From: a virus | Taxonomy: Duplodnaviria; Caudoviricetes | Direction: 5' to 3' (one strand) | IMG/VR virus record: IMGVR_UViG_3300027813_000031 | Location: 1-37,358 of that record | DNA: 37,358 nt | Shown here: positions 15,393 to 25,071 of the stretch, piece after piece | Layout: each line of letters begins with the position of its first letter | Position numbering within the stretch: the first letter of the stretch is position 1 | Position numbers and translations under genes: made by a program | The notes under the pieces: model-generated | What the model saw: only the letters and a program-made list of their open reading frames with translations | Databases searched by the model: none | What the model was told of the DNA's origin: nothing

Positions 15393-17450
15393 ATGAAATG
15401 GATTTACAGCAAGAGTGCTGTAGCAGTTGCAATATTACTGCTACTAGCCGTGCGAATAGCAGACCCTACAGCATTACAGAGTCTGCGTAGTCAAGTATTT
15501 GATAGTTATCAACAGTTTGATACTATTGTGGATAGCAACGATGTTGCTATTATAAACATAGGTGAAAAGAGTTTAGACGTATTAGGACAGTATCCTTTTC
15601 CTAGAACAACTTATGCACAACTTATACATGATATAAGACAAAAGAATCAAGGCATAATAGGATTCACTATTATGTTTCCAGAACAAGACAGATTTGCAGG
15701 AGATGAGGTATTTGCATCATGGATAAAAGACAACGGAATAGTTTTATCCCAGACCCCAAGTTCAAAAGGGGTGAGGAGTACAGGTCCTCACATTGGTACA
15801 GGAACGATAGGCCCTTTACCCGCACAGGACTTTGTACTAACATGGCCCAACCTAGTAACGAACATAAGCCAACTAGAGACTATGGCGTTTGGTATTGGAG
15901 TTAATGCTTCAGCACCACAGCCTGACAATCAAACAAGAACATACCCTCTAACAATAGGCGTAGAAGGAAAACTATATCCTAGTTTTGCTATTGAAATGTT
16001 GAGAGTAAATTCGGGTAAGCCTAGTTATATAATCAAAACATCAGACATAGGTGTACAAGAGATTGCAGTTCCTCCGTATGACCCTGTTATTACTCAGCCA
16101 AACGGCACAACCTACATTCGATTTAATAATACGTTTGAAGAAGTAGAATATACTGATGTAAACAGCCTACCTGATATGACGGACAAGTTTGTTATAGTAG
16201 GTGTAACAGCAGAGGGCATTGCAAATCCAGTGCCTACACCAAAAGGTAACCTCTATCCTCAGCACATACAAGCCCATATGCTACAAAATATTATAAGTGG
16301 GGTCAATATAACCCGTAGCCAGCTAAGTGCTGTTACAGAGCTTCTGTGTGCGTTGTTGAGCATGATACTAGTTGCCCTAGCAATATATAAGTTGCCCATT
16401 TGGGCCGGATTAGTAACTACAGTTACTATTATAGGTGGAATTGTATACTACAGTATACATTCTTACACGGCAAACTTGGTATTATTTGATGCTACTTTCC
16501 CTGCAATAGCAAGTTTCTTAATATTTTCACAGGCAAGTTTTAATAACTTCTGGATACAGTTTAAACTAAGAGCAGAGATACAAAAACAATTTGCAGGATA
16601 TGCCAGTCCCACAGTAGTGCGTATGTTACAAGAGAATCCAGAACTAATTAAGCAAGGTATGAAAAAAGAAGTAAGTATATGCTTCTCGGATTTACGTGGC
16701 TTTACTCCGCTAGGTGAGAGCTTTGGCGATGATGTACAAGGGTTAACAGAAATAATGAATGGGTATATGGATGCCATTACACAACCAATACTAGATGCAG
16801 ACGGTATGGTTATTAAATATATTGGCGATGCAAGTATGCACATACACAATGCTCCTATGGACGATCCAGATCATCCCAAGAGTGCAGTTCAAACAGGATT
16901 ATTAATGCTACGAGCAGTAGACAAGTTCAACGATAAAATTGTTAAAGAAGGCAGGCCACCAATTGGCATGGGTGCAGGTATTAATACTGGGCTAGGCTAT
17001 ATTGGAGAAATGGGTTCCAGTGCAAGACACAGTTATGATATACTTGGAGATGCAGTATCAACAGCCGCAAGAATAGAAAGCAAATGTAAAGAGTACGGTT
17101 GCTTATTACTTGTAGGTGGAGACACATACAAGCATACTAAGAATGATTTCTTTTATTTAAAAGTAGATGACTTAGCTGTTAAAGGAAAAACAATAGGTAT
17201 AGAAATATACACCGTACTGGATATTAAGAAAACTAAGTATGCTAAAGCAAAACAAATGCATGAGGATATGTACAATCATTATCTCAACCAGGAGTTTAGC
17301 AGAGCAATCAATTTATGCGAAAAGTTAACAGATGCATTTGAAGGTAAGATGAAAGGCTACTATGCTATGTGGATCGAACGATGCGAGTTCCAACTAACAC
17401 AAGACTTGCCTAGAGACTGGAATGGTGTGTTTATAGCTACAAGTAAGTAA
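15393..17450 (+). CDS. CHASE2-sensor class III adenylate/guanylate cyclase
   Basis: N-terminal TM, CHASE2 motifs (IINIGEKSL..LGQYPFPR, F.I.FPE.DR..GD..FA, PSFAIE.LRV, V.VG.TA.G....PTP), 3 TMs, then cyclase core FSDLRGFT, IKYIGDA, GINTG...GEMGS, YDILGDAVSTAARIES. Confidence 0.92.
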   Translation: MKWIYSKSAVAVAILLLLAVRIADPTALQSLRSQVFDSYQQFDTIVDSNDVAIINIGEKSLDVLGQYPFPRTTYAQLIHDIRQKNQGIIGFTIMFPEQDRFAGDEVFASWIKDNGIVLSQTPSSKGVRSTGPHIGTGTIGPLPAQDFVLTWPNLVTNISQLETMAFGIGVNASAPQPDNQTRTYPLTIGVEGKLYPSFAIEMLRVNSGKPSYIIKTSDIGVQEIAVPPYDPVITQPNGTTYIRFNNTFEEVEYTDVNSLPDMTDKFVIVGVTAEGIANPVPTPKGNLYPQHIQAHMLQNIISGVNITRSQLSAVTELLCALLSMILVALAIYKLPIWAGLVTTVTIIGGIVYYSIHSYTANLVLFDATFPAIASFLIFSQASFNNFWIQFKLRAEIQKQFAGYASPTVVRMLQENPELIKQGMKKEVSICFSDLRGFTPLGESFGDDVQGLTEIMNGYMDAITQPILDADGMVIKYIGDASMHIHNAPMDDPDHPKSAVQTGLLMLRAVDKFNDKIVKEGRPPIGMGAGINTGLGYIGEMGSSARHSYDILGDAVSTAARIESKCKEYGCLLLVGGDTYKHTKNDFFYLKVDDLAVKGKTIGIEIYTVLDIKKTKYAKAKQMHEDMYNHYLNQEFSRAINLCEKLTDAFEGKMKGYYAMWIERCEFQLTQDLPRDWNGVFIATSK

Positions 17451-17456
17451 CAATAA

Positions 17457-18080
17457 TTACTGATCCGGTTCCCAAGATTGTAAATCAAAGAAAAATCCTG
17501 CATAGAATTTTGCATCCTTACTCATTTGTCTTGCATGAAATAATTCTAACGGTATACCATCGTCGTGCTGTAATATAGGCCAGTAGTATCGTTTAATAAA
17601 TTTCTCTACCTTCTTTAAATCAGACTCAATTGCATCGAGAAGTTTGTTATTAAATTCTAAGTCAGTTACTACTTCACTTAACCACATATGATGTTCGCTA
17701 GTAGGGTCATAACGCCTAACCATATCTCTTGTGTCGTAATATAATGCTCTAATTGGATTTATATCGTTTCTATATTTTTTTAGTATCTGCGGAAATGCAA
17801 ATTGCGGGTCTCTAGATCTTCCGTATTGTAATAATGCAACATACTCTCGTTTAAGTGCTTGTTTGAGAGAGTCTAAACTTTCACCTGTGTGCTCGTTGTA
17901 TTCAAGTATAATTTTTTTAGCAATAGATGTTTGTTTGGCAGTAAAATGTATCATGCACCCTTCAACATCATCAATTGTCCAAATACCGTCTAGCAATCCA
18001 GCGGGCAATGTTCCAGTTATATCATATTTTTCAAGCTCAGACTGTATACGAATACAGATAAAATCTATAATTTTTGACAA
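17457..18080 (-). CDS. Hypothetical protein
   Basis: 207-aa ORF, TTG start with SD AGGAG; last gene of the minus-strand operon. Confidence 0.7.
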   Translation of the reverse strand: MSKIIDFICIRIQSELEKYDITGTLPAGLLDGIWTIDDVEGCMIHFTAKQTSIAKKIILEYNEHTGESLDSLKQALKREYVALLQYGRSRDPQFAFPQILKKYRNDINPIRALYYDTRDMVRRYDPTSEHHMWLSEVVTDLEFNNKLLDAIESDLKKVEKFIKRYYWPILQHDDGIPLELFHARQMSKDAKFYAGFFFDLQSWEPDQ

Positions 18081-18096
18081 AGTACACTCCTACGTG

Positions 18097-18534
18097 TTAG
18101 CTATTAATTTCTAAAATCCTGTGTAGTTTGTCCGTGCCGCCGTTTCTATTAAGCGTTGCCTTTGCGCCTTGGTGCATTGGTTGAGGCCATCGGCCTATAT
18201 CTACCCATGCATAACCCGAACTCTCATCATTAAGTGTAGGTGAGAATTCTTTTTCTACCACTGCCGCAAAACTATAATAGTAAAAGTGCTTGTCTTTACT
18301 TTCGTATACATCAATTGGGTTAAGTTTGTGTAACTCAGGCATAAAACCTATTTCTTCTATTAATTCTCGTTGCAATGCTTCAAATGGTGTTTCGCCATGG
18401 TCAATTAATCCGCCAAAGAAACCCCATGTGTGTTTAAATCTCTTGTCACTATTTCTAAGTTGCAATAAACATCTACCTGTGTCCTTGGCTAAAAATACAA
18501 CACCTGCCGCGGTGATCAAAGTATCAATCTCCAA
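18097..18534 (-). CDS. NUDIX hydrolase
   Basis: Nudix box GGLIDHGETPFEALQRELIEEIG. Confidence 0.92.
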   Translation of the reverse strand: MEIDTLITAAGVVFLAKDTGRCLLQLRNSDKRFKHTWGFFGGLIDHGETPFEALQRELIEEIGFMPELHKLNPIDVYESKDKHFYYYSFAAVVEKEFSPTLNDESSGYAWVDIGRWPQPMHQGAKATLNRNGGTDKLHRILEINS

Positions 18535-19865
18535 TAACCTGGGTTATATGTTCCTTGCCAACTGCTGATCCACTGTGAGCCGGTCCATTTAAACTGTTGC
18601 GTAGTATGTGTGTTTGTTATAAATGCAATTGCTTGGGTTTGCAAACTAGCATCAAATACTACAATCCAGTTGTCACCGTCAAACAATATGATGTCATTTG
18701 CACTTGCAGAGATACCACCCCATTCAACGAACGTTGGCAATATTGGTGCTGTTAATAAATAACGTTGTCCAGTTAACTGTGAAGCTATTGTGTTACCTGG
18801 CCTACTTGTACCTGGGTCTATAATTTTAGTTAATGCATCTAATGAATTAGCAGGCAAGGTGTCAGCATCAACATTAAATACTAAGTTGTTAGCATTTTCT
18901 GGGTTAGCCGCTATACTTCCAATAACTAGTAAACCTCTTTCTTCTGCGTCAGCACTTATGTTAAGTTCTAATCTACTGGTTGCTCTTAGTTCACCGTGCA
19001 TTTCTATAATGTCAGCCCATTTTACTTCGACGTTTGATGGGTCCACTAATGTTGCGCCACCGCTTATAATTTTTACTTTATAATCACCTGGTGCAACAGT
19101 GACACTGGTAGTATCCGTTATTGATCCAAAGAAGTCAGCATAACTGCCATCAAATCCTAAATCAGCAAGGCTATCTACACTGTGTATGTCGTTAACAATA
19201 CGTTGTATAATTGTTTGTCTTTTAACTTTAGCAGGAGGTGATATCCAAATAGGCACAGCAAATGTTAATGTTGATATGTCTAGGGTTTCGTCTGTTCCTG
19301 CTGGCAATGATCTACTACTCCAGTTTATGTCGGTTAACTCCACCTCAAACACACTGGTCCAATCTAGCGGATTATCGTTAACTTGCAACTGTATACCAGG
19401 GTTAAATATTACAAATATTTGCTCTAGAATTTGTAATTTCATGTCGGTGTTAGTAGTCCATACATCCACTTGTATATTAAGATTATACGGAACAGGCATA
19501 TAACGTTGAGTAGTATATAAGTTTCCTTGTGCAGATGTGTACTTACCTGCTTGTATATCCCATTCCCTTTCTGCTACTTGATTGGTATCAACTAAGAAAG
19601 GGTCTTGTATTCTATCTTTTGCTGGCTGTATACTCTGCACACTAACTGTAATTTGTGGTGCATTAGCAATAGAATTTTCTGAATTGTTTTTCAACATATG
19701 GGCTACCATTCTACTGATATCACCATATCGTGCAGGCACTCTGTTAAGACGCTCAGCACCTTTAACAATTTCTTTAACTTGAAAGTTTGAGAATACTCGT
19801 ACAAGTTGTAGCAGATAGCGTTTTATCTGTGCATCGTACCAATAGTCTAAGTTTTTGCCTGCCAT
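18516..19865 (-). CDS. gp15: Tail sheath stabiliser/tail terminator (T4 gp15-like) with C-terminal extension
   Basis: YWYDAQIKRYL.....FSNFQV, VP..YG, PVPYNL...V.VWT.N.D..LQILEQI...FNP match the gp15 pattern. Confidence 0.75.
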   Translation of the reverse strand: MAGKNLDYWYDAQIKRYLLQLVRVFSNFQVKEIVKGAERLNRVPARYGDISRMVAHMLKNNSENSIANAPQITVSVQSIQPAKDRIQDPFLVDTNQVAEREWDIQAGKYTSAQGNLYTTQRYMPVPYNLNIQVDVWTTNTDMKLQILEQIFVIFNPGIQLQVNDNPLDWTSVFEVELTDINWSSRSLPAGTDETLDISTLTFAVPIWISPPAKVKRQTIIQRIVNDIHSVDSLADLGFDGSYADFFGSITDTTSVTVAPGDYKVKIISGGATLVDPSNVEVKWADIIEMHGELRATSRLELNISADAEERGLLVIGSIAANPENANNLVFNVDADTLPANSLDALTKIIDPGTSRPGNTIASQLTGQRYLLTAPILPTFVEWGGISASANDIILFDGDNWIVVFDASLQTQAIAFITNTHTTQQFKWTGSQWISSWQGTYNPGYWRLIL

Positions 19866-19871
19866 AATTTA

Positions 19872-20342
19872 TTATACGTTTTCTAAACGTTCCATTAGTC
19901 TTTCAGCACGGCTAGTTACTTGCTCGTACCATCTGCTATCTCTGCCTTCGATTCCTGCTTGTTTCCAATCCTGAGCTTCTAATGCTTTGCGGAAGTTATT
20001 AAACTTGCCTAAACGTGTACGACCCATATTGAACATCATGTTTACTAAGACTTGTTGTACGGTATCAGGCCAGTCTGTGAAACCGTCTCCGTATAGTGCA
20101 ACACACTCTGATATTGAAGTGTCGAGGTCTTTCTCAAAGCACTCTTTTGCTCTGTCTTCTGAGACTGGTGTTCCCACATCTTGTCCATACTCTGGATCTG
20201 ATTCAAGGACCAAGTGTCCAACTCCGAAAGTTGGGTAGCCCAAATGGTCTTTATAAATTTCATATACGACTCCTTCGTCGATTTTCAGTTGTTCAAAAAC
20301 TGCTTCTCTATCTAATTCTGTGTCTTTTCCTATACCAAACAT
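19872..20342 (-). CDS. T4-type (GH24) lysozyme/endolysin
   Basis: LKIDEG....IYKDHLGYPTFGVGHL (E..D..T catalytic triad), LVNMMFNMG, SRWYEQV..RAERL. Confidence 0.92.
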   Translation of the reverse strand: MFGIGKDTELDREAVFEQLKIDEGVVYEIYKDHLGYPTFGVGHLVLESDPEYGQDVGTPVSEDRAKECFEKDLDTSISECVALYGDGFTDWPDTVQQVLVNMMFNMGRTRLGKFNNFRKALEAQDWKQAGIEGRDSRWYEQVTSRAERLMERLENV

Positions 20343-20351
20343 TTACAACTC

Positions 20352-21407
20352 CTATGTGTCAGTGCGAGGTGCTACGACCTGGCTTAAATTTGTTTTTTCT
20401 AAAACAGTTTCACCATCACTATTAATAGTATAACTGTCATTATTTATAAACGATGCTAATGTTTTATTAGCAGTAGCCCATGTGCGTTTGTGATCATCAG
20501 CATATTTAACCCATCTAGATCCTTTCTTTTGAAACAACCTATGGGGAGAAAAATCTGTACGCAAGTAAAAATCACCATCAACAGTTCCTGCTGTTGGAAA
20601 TGCTCCGCCACTGCCTACTAGGCTTAATCCGTTCGGTGCCGACGCATCACTTGGTTCAAGATATGCTTTATCCGGGGCATTAGGGTCAACATATAAGTGA
20701 CCTGTTCTATTTACTCTGCTGTCAGACGGCACATCTTTTAGTGCTTGTCCTAGCAAGGCATCGTTAATAATAATTTCATCTTGATATTTGCTGAGCAGAT
20801 TTCGTAAGTCTCCTGCTTCTTCACCTGTACCAAGTATATCTCTGTATTCTTGAGAATCTGTTATTGGTCCGCACTTAACTCTCCACAAATGAGGCCACCA
20901 ACGCGGGTCAAACCCCTCGGCAGGCCTTGCACCTTCTTGTACAACGTAGTATCTATTAATTGCTTCATCACTGCCTAACAACGCATCATCTCTGAGATGT
21001 GGAAGTTCTAGTACGTCACCTGGCATTAATTTTCTGCCTATAGTTTCCATCATTGTTTCAATATGGAAGTTAATAAATACTGTGTCGTTAGCCAAAAATG
21101 CACCAAATTGTGTTAAGTCAAAACCGTCACTCTCTTGTAACTGATAAGCACCTATCATCTCAAATATATCGTCACTGTACTTTCTATCTCTGTTTTCTAG
21201 AAATAGTAAGTCTTGAATAAATATATCTGAAGTTGCACCATCTGTGCTAGGTCTTGTAGGATCAGTGGAAACACCTACGTCCTGAATACCCATGTATTTG
21301 TGTACATGAATGCCTGTACCACCAGCGTGGAGATGCTCGCCAACAACCCTATCAAAAAATCTATAGTCATTGGTCTTAGTCGGATTCCATAGTTTTAACT
21401 TTCCCAT
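20352..21407 (-). CDS. Virion structural protein, possibly neck protein (T4 gp14-like)
   Basis: Sits with gp15/gp13-like genes. Motifs LTQFG.FL.ND...I.FH and GR.LMPGDVLELP resemble gp14-type neck proteins. Late promoter upstream. Confidence 0.55.
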   Translation of the reverse strand: MGKLKLWNPTKTNDYRFFDRVVGEHLHAGGTGIHVHKYMGIQDVGVSTDPTRPSTDGATSDIFIQDLLFLENRDRKYSDDIFEMIGAYQLQESDGFDLTQFGAFLANDTVFINFHIETMMETIGRKLMPGDVLELPHLRDDALLGSDEAINRYYVVQEGARPAEGFDPRWWPHLWRVKCGPITDSQEYRDILGTGEEAGDLRNLLSKYQDEIIINDALLGQALKDVPSDSRVNRTGHLYVDPNAPDKAYLEPSDASAPNGLSLVGSGGAFPTAGTVDGDFYLRTDFSPHRLFQKKGSRWVKYADDHKRTWATANKTLASFINNDSYTINSDGETVLEKTNLSQVVAPRTDT

Positions 21408-21412
21408 AACAC

Positions 21413-21457
21413 TATTTATCAGAACTTACGGCAACTGAATTTAGTATCGAATAAATA
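21413..21457. promoter_or_regulatory. Back-to-back divergent late promoters
   Basis: Minus GATAAATA (21413-21420)-gtgtt-ATG and plus AATAAATA (21450-21457)-caact-ATG. Confidence 0.7.
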
Positions 21458-21462
21458 CAACT

Positions 21463-22032
21463 ATGAACAGAGAATCCTTGCTACAAACACTTAAAGAACA
21501 ATTAGGCAATGTAAACATTGCAGTTGAAGTAGGCGTTTGGCGGGGAGATTATAGTAGATCTATAATTAAAAACCTCCAGCCTAGCGTCTTTTACGGTGTA
21601 GATCCGTATGAAATATATGAAGGCTATACTGACAAACCAAATGTAATAGAGTTCCAAGATCAAGCAAACTTAGACAAATTACATGCTAGAGTTACAAAAA
21701 CTTTCAATACTTTTAACAACAAATTAGGTCATACTAATAGCATTTTAGTAAGAGAATTGGGCACCAACTATGCATCTCAGCACCCTGATCAATCGCTAGA
21801 CTTTGTTTATTTAGATAGCGATCACAAATATCAATCTGTTAAATCTGAGATAGAAGCATGGTATCCAAAAGTTAAAGTTGGCGGTATACTAGCAGGGCAT
21901 GATTATATTGAGCGTAGCCACATTGAGGAGTTTGGTGTTATACAGGCAGTAACAGAATTTATCGAGCAAGAAAACTTAACATTACACACTACAGACGAGC
22001 AGTTTGCTACTTGGTGGGTAACTAAAACATAG
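21463..22032 (+). CDS. Class I SAM-dependent methyltransferase (Methyltransf_24-like)
   Basis: VEVGVWRG, YGVDPY, LDFVYLDSDH.Y..V, W.PKVK.GGILAGHDY. Confidence 0.88.
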   Translation: MNRESLLQTLKEQLGNVNIAVEVGVWRGDYSRSIIKNLQPSVFYGVDPYEIYEGYTDKPNVIEFQDQANLDKLHARVTKTFNTFNNKLGHTNSILVRELGTNYASQHPDQSLDFVYLDSDHKYQSVKSEIEAWYPKVKVGGILAGHDYIERSHIEEFGVIQAVTEFIEQENLTLHTTDEQFATWWVTKT

Positions 22033-22039
22033 GACACAT

Positions 22040-22996
22040 ATGAAAATTTTTATAACAGGACACGACGGATTTATTGGATCACACATGGTTGAACGTTTAA
22101 AAAATGACCATGAATTAGGATTTCTTGAATACGATTTAAGAGATCATTCACAAGTAAAAGCACAACTTGTAGAATTTAGTCCCGATATTATTGTGCATTT
22201 AGCGGCAAGAACAGAGGTAGAAGACAGTTTCTATGAACAAATAGTTTTCTCAGAAGTAAACTATGTAGGCACTGTAAACTTAATTGAAGCCGCGGCCACA
22301 CTCCCTAATTTAAAGAATTTTGTGTTTGCAAGCACCATGGAAGTATATGGCTGGCAACCAATCAGCGATGTTATTAAGAGAGGCGGCGAAGTGCCAGAGG
22401 ATATTTTTGCCTTTGATGAAGATACTCAACCCAATCCTAATGCCCCTTATGCCGTTGCAAAATATGGTTGTGAAAAATACCTAGAGTATGCAAACAGAAG
22501 TTTAGGATTACCGTTTACTGCTATTAGGCAAACTAATGCATACGGTAGAAAAGACAATAATTTCTTTGTAACAGAGCAAATTATTTGGCAAATGCTAGAT
22601 AATCCAGAAGAAATATTCTTAGGCTACGGCAAACCATATCGTAACTTTATCTTTATTGAGGACTTACTTGATGCATGGGAAGCCGTTATTAGAAACCCTG
22701 AGAAATGTGCAGGCGAAATATTTTGTCTAGGACCTGACAATGCAATTAGGATCTCAGACTATGTGGATCTCATTGCAAAAAAACTTGATTGGAAAGGAAA
22801 AGTACATTGGGATAAGAAGCCTGAGAGACCTGGCGAGATATTCATATTGAATAGTTCTAATGCAAAAATTACTGAAAAGTTAGGTTGGGAGCCAAAAGTT
22901 TCCTTGGATGAAGGTGTTGAACGTACAGTTGCTATTTGGAAGGATATTCATGGCAAAAACACCAAATTTAAGAATATTACCAATATAATCACGTAA
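22040..22996 (+). CDS. NAD-dependent nucleotide-sugar epimerase/dehydratase (extended SDR)
   Basis: ITGHDGFIGSH, HLAA, STMEVYG, YAVAK catalytic motif, RNFIFIED, LGWEPK. Confidence 0.92.
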   Translation: MKIFITGHDGFIGSHMVERLKNDHELGFLEYDLRDHSQVKAQLVEFSPDIIVHLAARTEVEDSFYEQIVFSEVNYVGTVNLIEAAATLPNLKNFVFASTMEVYGWQPISDVIKRGGEVPEDIFAFDEDTQPNPNAPYAVAKYGCEKYLEYANRSLGLPFTAIRQTNAYGRKDNNFFVTEQIIWQMLDNPEEIFLGYGKPYRNFIFIEDLLDAWEAVIRNPEKCAGEIFCLGPDNAIRISDYVDLIAKKLDWKGKVHWDKKPERPGEIFILNSSNAKITEKLGWEPKVSLDEGVERTVAIWKDIHGKNTKFKNITNIIT

Positions 22997-23023
22997 TTTT
23001 CGTACCATTTTTATATATAGTAC

Positions 23024-23051
23024 TTGACAGCATTAAAAGATGTGTTAATAT
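23024..23051 (+). promoter_or_regulatory. Sigma70-like promoter
   Basis: TTGACA (23024-23029), 16 bp, TAATAT with extended -10 TGn. Confidence 0.55.
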
Positions 23052-23086
23052 GTGTAACATATCGCTTCACTAAGGAACTCTATAAA

Positions 23087-24241
23087 ATGGCAAAACGTAA
23101 AGCAAAAACAGTTTACTTCACCCCGGAACCAAACTGGGCTAAAATGGTTGGGATTACTGATCAGGAAACAATGGGTAAGGCATACCAGGATGTCCAATAC
23201 TTTGTGCGAACAGAGATTAAAGACAAGGAAAAAATTGCTTTAACAAAAGCCTGGATCAAAAACAAATCTAACTGGGACTCTGCAGACGTCGAATTAATCC
23301 TCAAATGCCCAGATTATTCTTTTGGTGCAACTAGCTCTGTATTCTATACCTTTGATAAGGTTGGATTCATGCCAGACAACATTATATCTCATGTTGAGAA
23401 AAGAAAAGCTGAATGGATTGAAACAGGAAAAAATGTAACTGAAGAAAACATTGCCAAAGCAGACGCTAAACCAAAAAAAGTAATTAGCATACAAGACCGC
23501 ATGAAAGATCAAGTATCAGAACTGTGTGGCGAGATGGAACACTTCTTAGACCAATTAGTTGAAGGTGTTAAAACAATTAAGGAGTTTGATCCGTACACAA
23601 TGATGGTATCATATCAGCCTGAAGTAAAAGGAGCTCATGCTAAAATCATTAAAGATGATTTTGCAACTTGTTATCAAGAATCACTAGAAGTATTAGAGTG
23701 GAAAGACGAAGATTTAAAAGAAGCATACAGTAATTTTACTCCTAAAATGCGTAAGGCGTATGTAGAGTACCATGAATTGATTAATACTGCTTGTGACACC
23801 ATTATCAAAACAAAAGCAACTACACGCAAAGCTCGTAAGCCTAAAGCACGGTCTAAAGACAAGATCGTTGCTAAATTAAAATATAAGATTAATGATCCTG
23901 AGTTAGGATTAGCCAGTATTACTCCTACTGAAATTGTTTATAGTAACGAATGTTGGACATATAATACTAAAACTAGGAAAGTTGGGGTGTACAAAGCATC
24001 GCAACCAGATCCTAAAAACCTTGCTAGAGAAGGTTCAGGCTTAACTATTAAGGGTACTACAATACAAGGTTATTGTGAAGATACTAGTGTGCAAAAAACA
24101 CTAAGAAAACCTAAAGAACAAATTAAATTGTTTGCAGGTGCAAAGACTTCGTGCAACAAAAACTTCAATGAAATTAAAACTACTGACACTAAGATGAATG
24201 GTAGATTTAATGAACATATGATTATATTAAAGTCATTTTAA
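23087..24241 (+). CDS. Hypothetical Lys-rich protein
   Basis: Probable start ATG 23087 (MAKRKAK...) after SD AAGGA. The track's TTG at 23024 is the -35 element. Confidence 0.75.
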   Translation: MAKRKAKTVYFTPEPNWAKMVGITDQETMGKAYQDVQYFVRTEIKDKEKIALTKAWIKNKSNWDSADVELILKCPDYSFGATSSVFYTFDKVGFMPDNIISHVEKRKAEWIETGKNVTEENIAKADAKPKKVISIQDRMKDQVSELCGEMEHFLDQLVEGVKTIKEFDPYTMMVSYQPEVKGAHAKIIKDDFATCYQESLEVLEWKDEDLKEAYSNFTPKMRKAYVEYHELINTACDTIIKTKATTRKARKPKARSKDKIVAKLKYKINDPELGLASITPTEIVYSNECWTYNTKTRKVGVYKASQPDPKNLAREGSGLTIKGTTIQGYCEDTSVQKTLRKPKEQIKLFAGAKTSCNKNFNEIKTTDTKMNGRFNEHMIILKSF

Positions 24242-24263
24242 TTGACCACACTCACTAAAATGT

Positions 24264-24271
24264 GATAAATA
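24264..24271 (+). promoter_or_regulatory. Late promoter GATAAATA (leaderless)
   Basis: GATAAATA-gtgtt-ATG. Confidence 0.7.
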
Positions 24272-24276
24272 GTGTT

Positions 24277-25038
24277 ATGCCAGAGAATCAAATAGGATAT
24301 AACAATAGGGAAGACCTAGTTCGAGAATTGCAACTTAGGTTAGCTGACGAAATCGTCGATGTCGAATTAGACAGGTCTCACTACGATATAGCAATTGACT
24401 CGGCTTTAAATAAGTACAGGCAACTTAGCTCGGGTGCCGTAGAAGAAGCAGTAATTTTTATTCAAACACAACCAGGTGTCACTGAGTACACATTACCGAA
24501 TGAAGTTATTGAAGTTCAAAGACTTTACCGTAGAGGGGTTGGTAGCAACTCTGGTACTGGTTCAAACTTTGACCCATTTGATGTAGCATTCAATAATATG
24601 TATCTTTTAAACGCAGGCCAAATTGGTGGCTTAGCAACATTTGATGCATTCTCTCAATACAAAGAAACTATCGGACGTATATTTGGTAGTGAATATAACT
24701 TTCTTTGGAATAGAAATACAAAGGTTTTACAAATACTTCGAAACATTAAAGTTGACGAAGAAGTTGCAGTCGGTGTGCATAACTTTATACCTGAAAAAAT
24801 ATTACTAGGTGACATTTATGCAGGCAAATGGTTGTCAGATTGGTCACTAGCTCAATCTAAGTTAATTCTTGGCGAAGCTAGAAGTAAGTACATGGGAGGC
24901 ATTCCAGGTGCAGGTGGCAACATTGTATTAAACGGCGAAGCAATGAAGCAGGAAGGCCAAGCAGAAATGGAAAGTCTTATTATGGCTGTCCATAACATGG
25001 AAGAAGGCAATAGTCCGCTAGGATTTGTTATAGGCTAA
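24277..25038 (+). CDS. gp13: Neck protein (T4 gp13-like)
   Basis: LRL...IVDVEL...H.D.AID.AL..Y, W..D..LA..K.ILGEARSKY...PG.GG.I.LNGE.M..EG..E, PLGFVIG terminus. Start revised to ATG 24277. Confidence 0.75.
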   Translation: MPENQIGYNNREDLVRELQLRLADEIVDVELDRSHYDIAIDSALNKYRQLSSGAVEEAVIFIQTQPGVTEYTLPNEVIEVQRLYRRGVGSNSGTGSNFDPFDVAFNNMYLLNAGQIGGLATFDAFSQYKETIGRIFGSEYNFLWNRNTKVLQILRNIKVDEEVAVGVHNFIPEKILLGDIYAGKWLSDWSLAQSKLILGEARSKYMGGIPGAGGNIVLNGEAMKQEGQAEMESLIMAVHNMEEGNSPLGFVIG

Positions 25039-25071
25039 AGTTCCACAGCAAACACATTTACAGGGTACAAT

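Noticed and set aside
23024-23086. ORF-track N-terminal extensions at 23024, 24262 and 33224
   Set aside because: They overlap promoter or terminator elements; downstream ATGs (23087, 24277, 33278) fit better.
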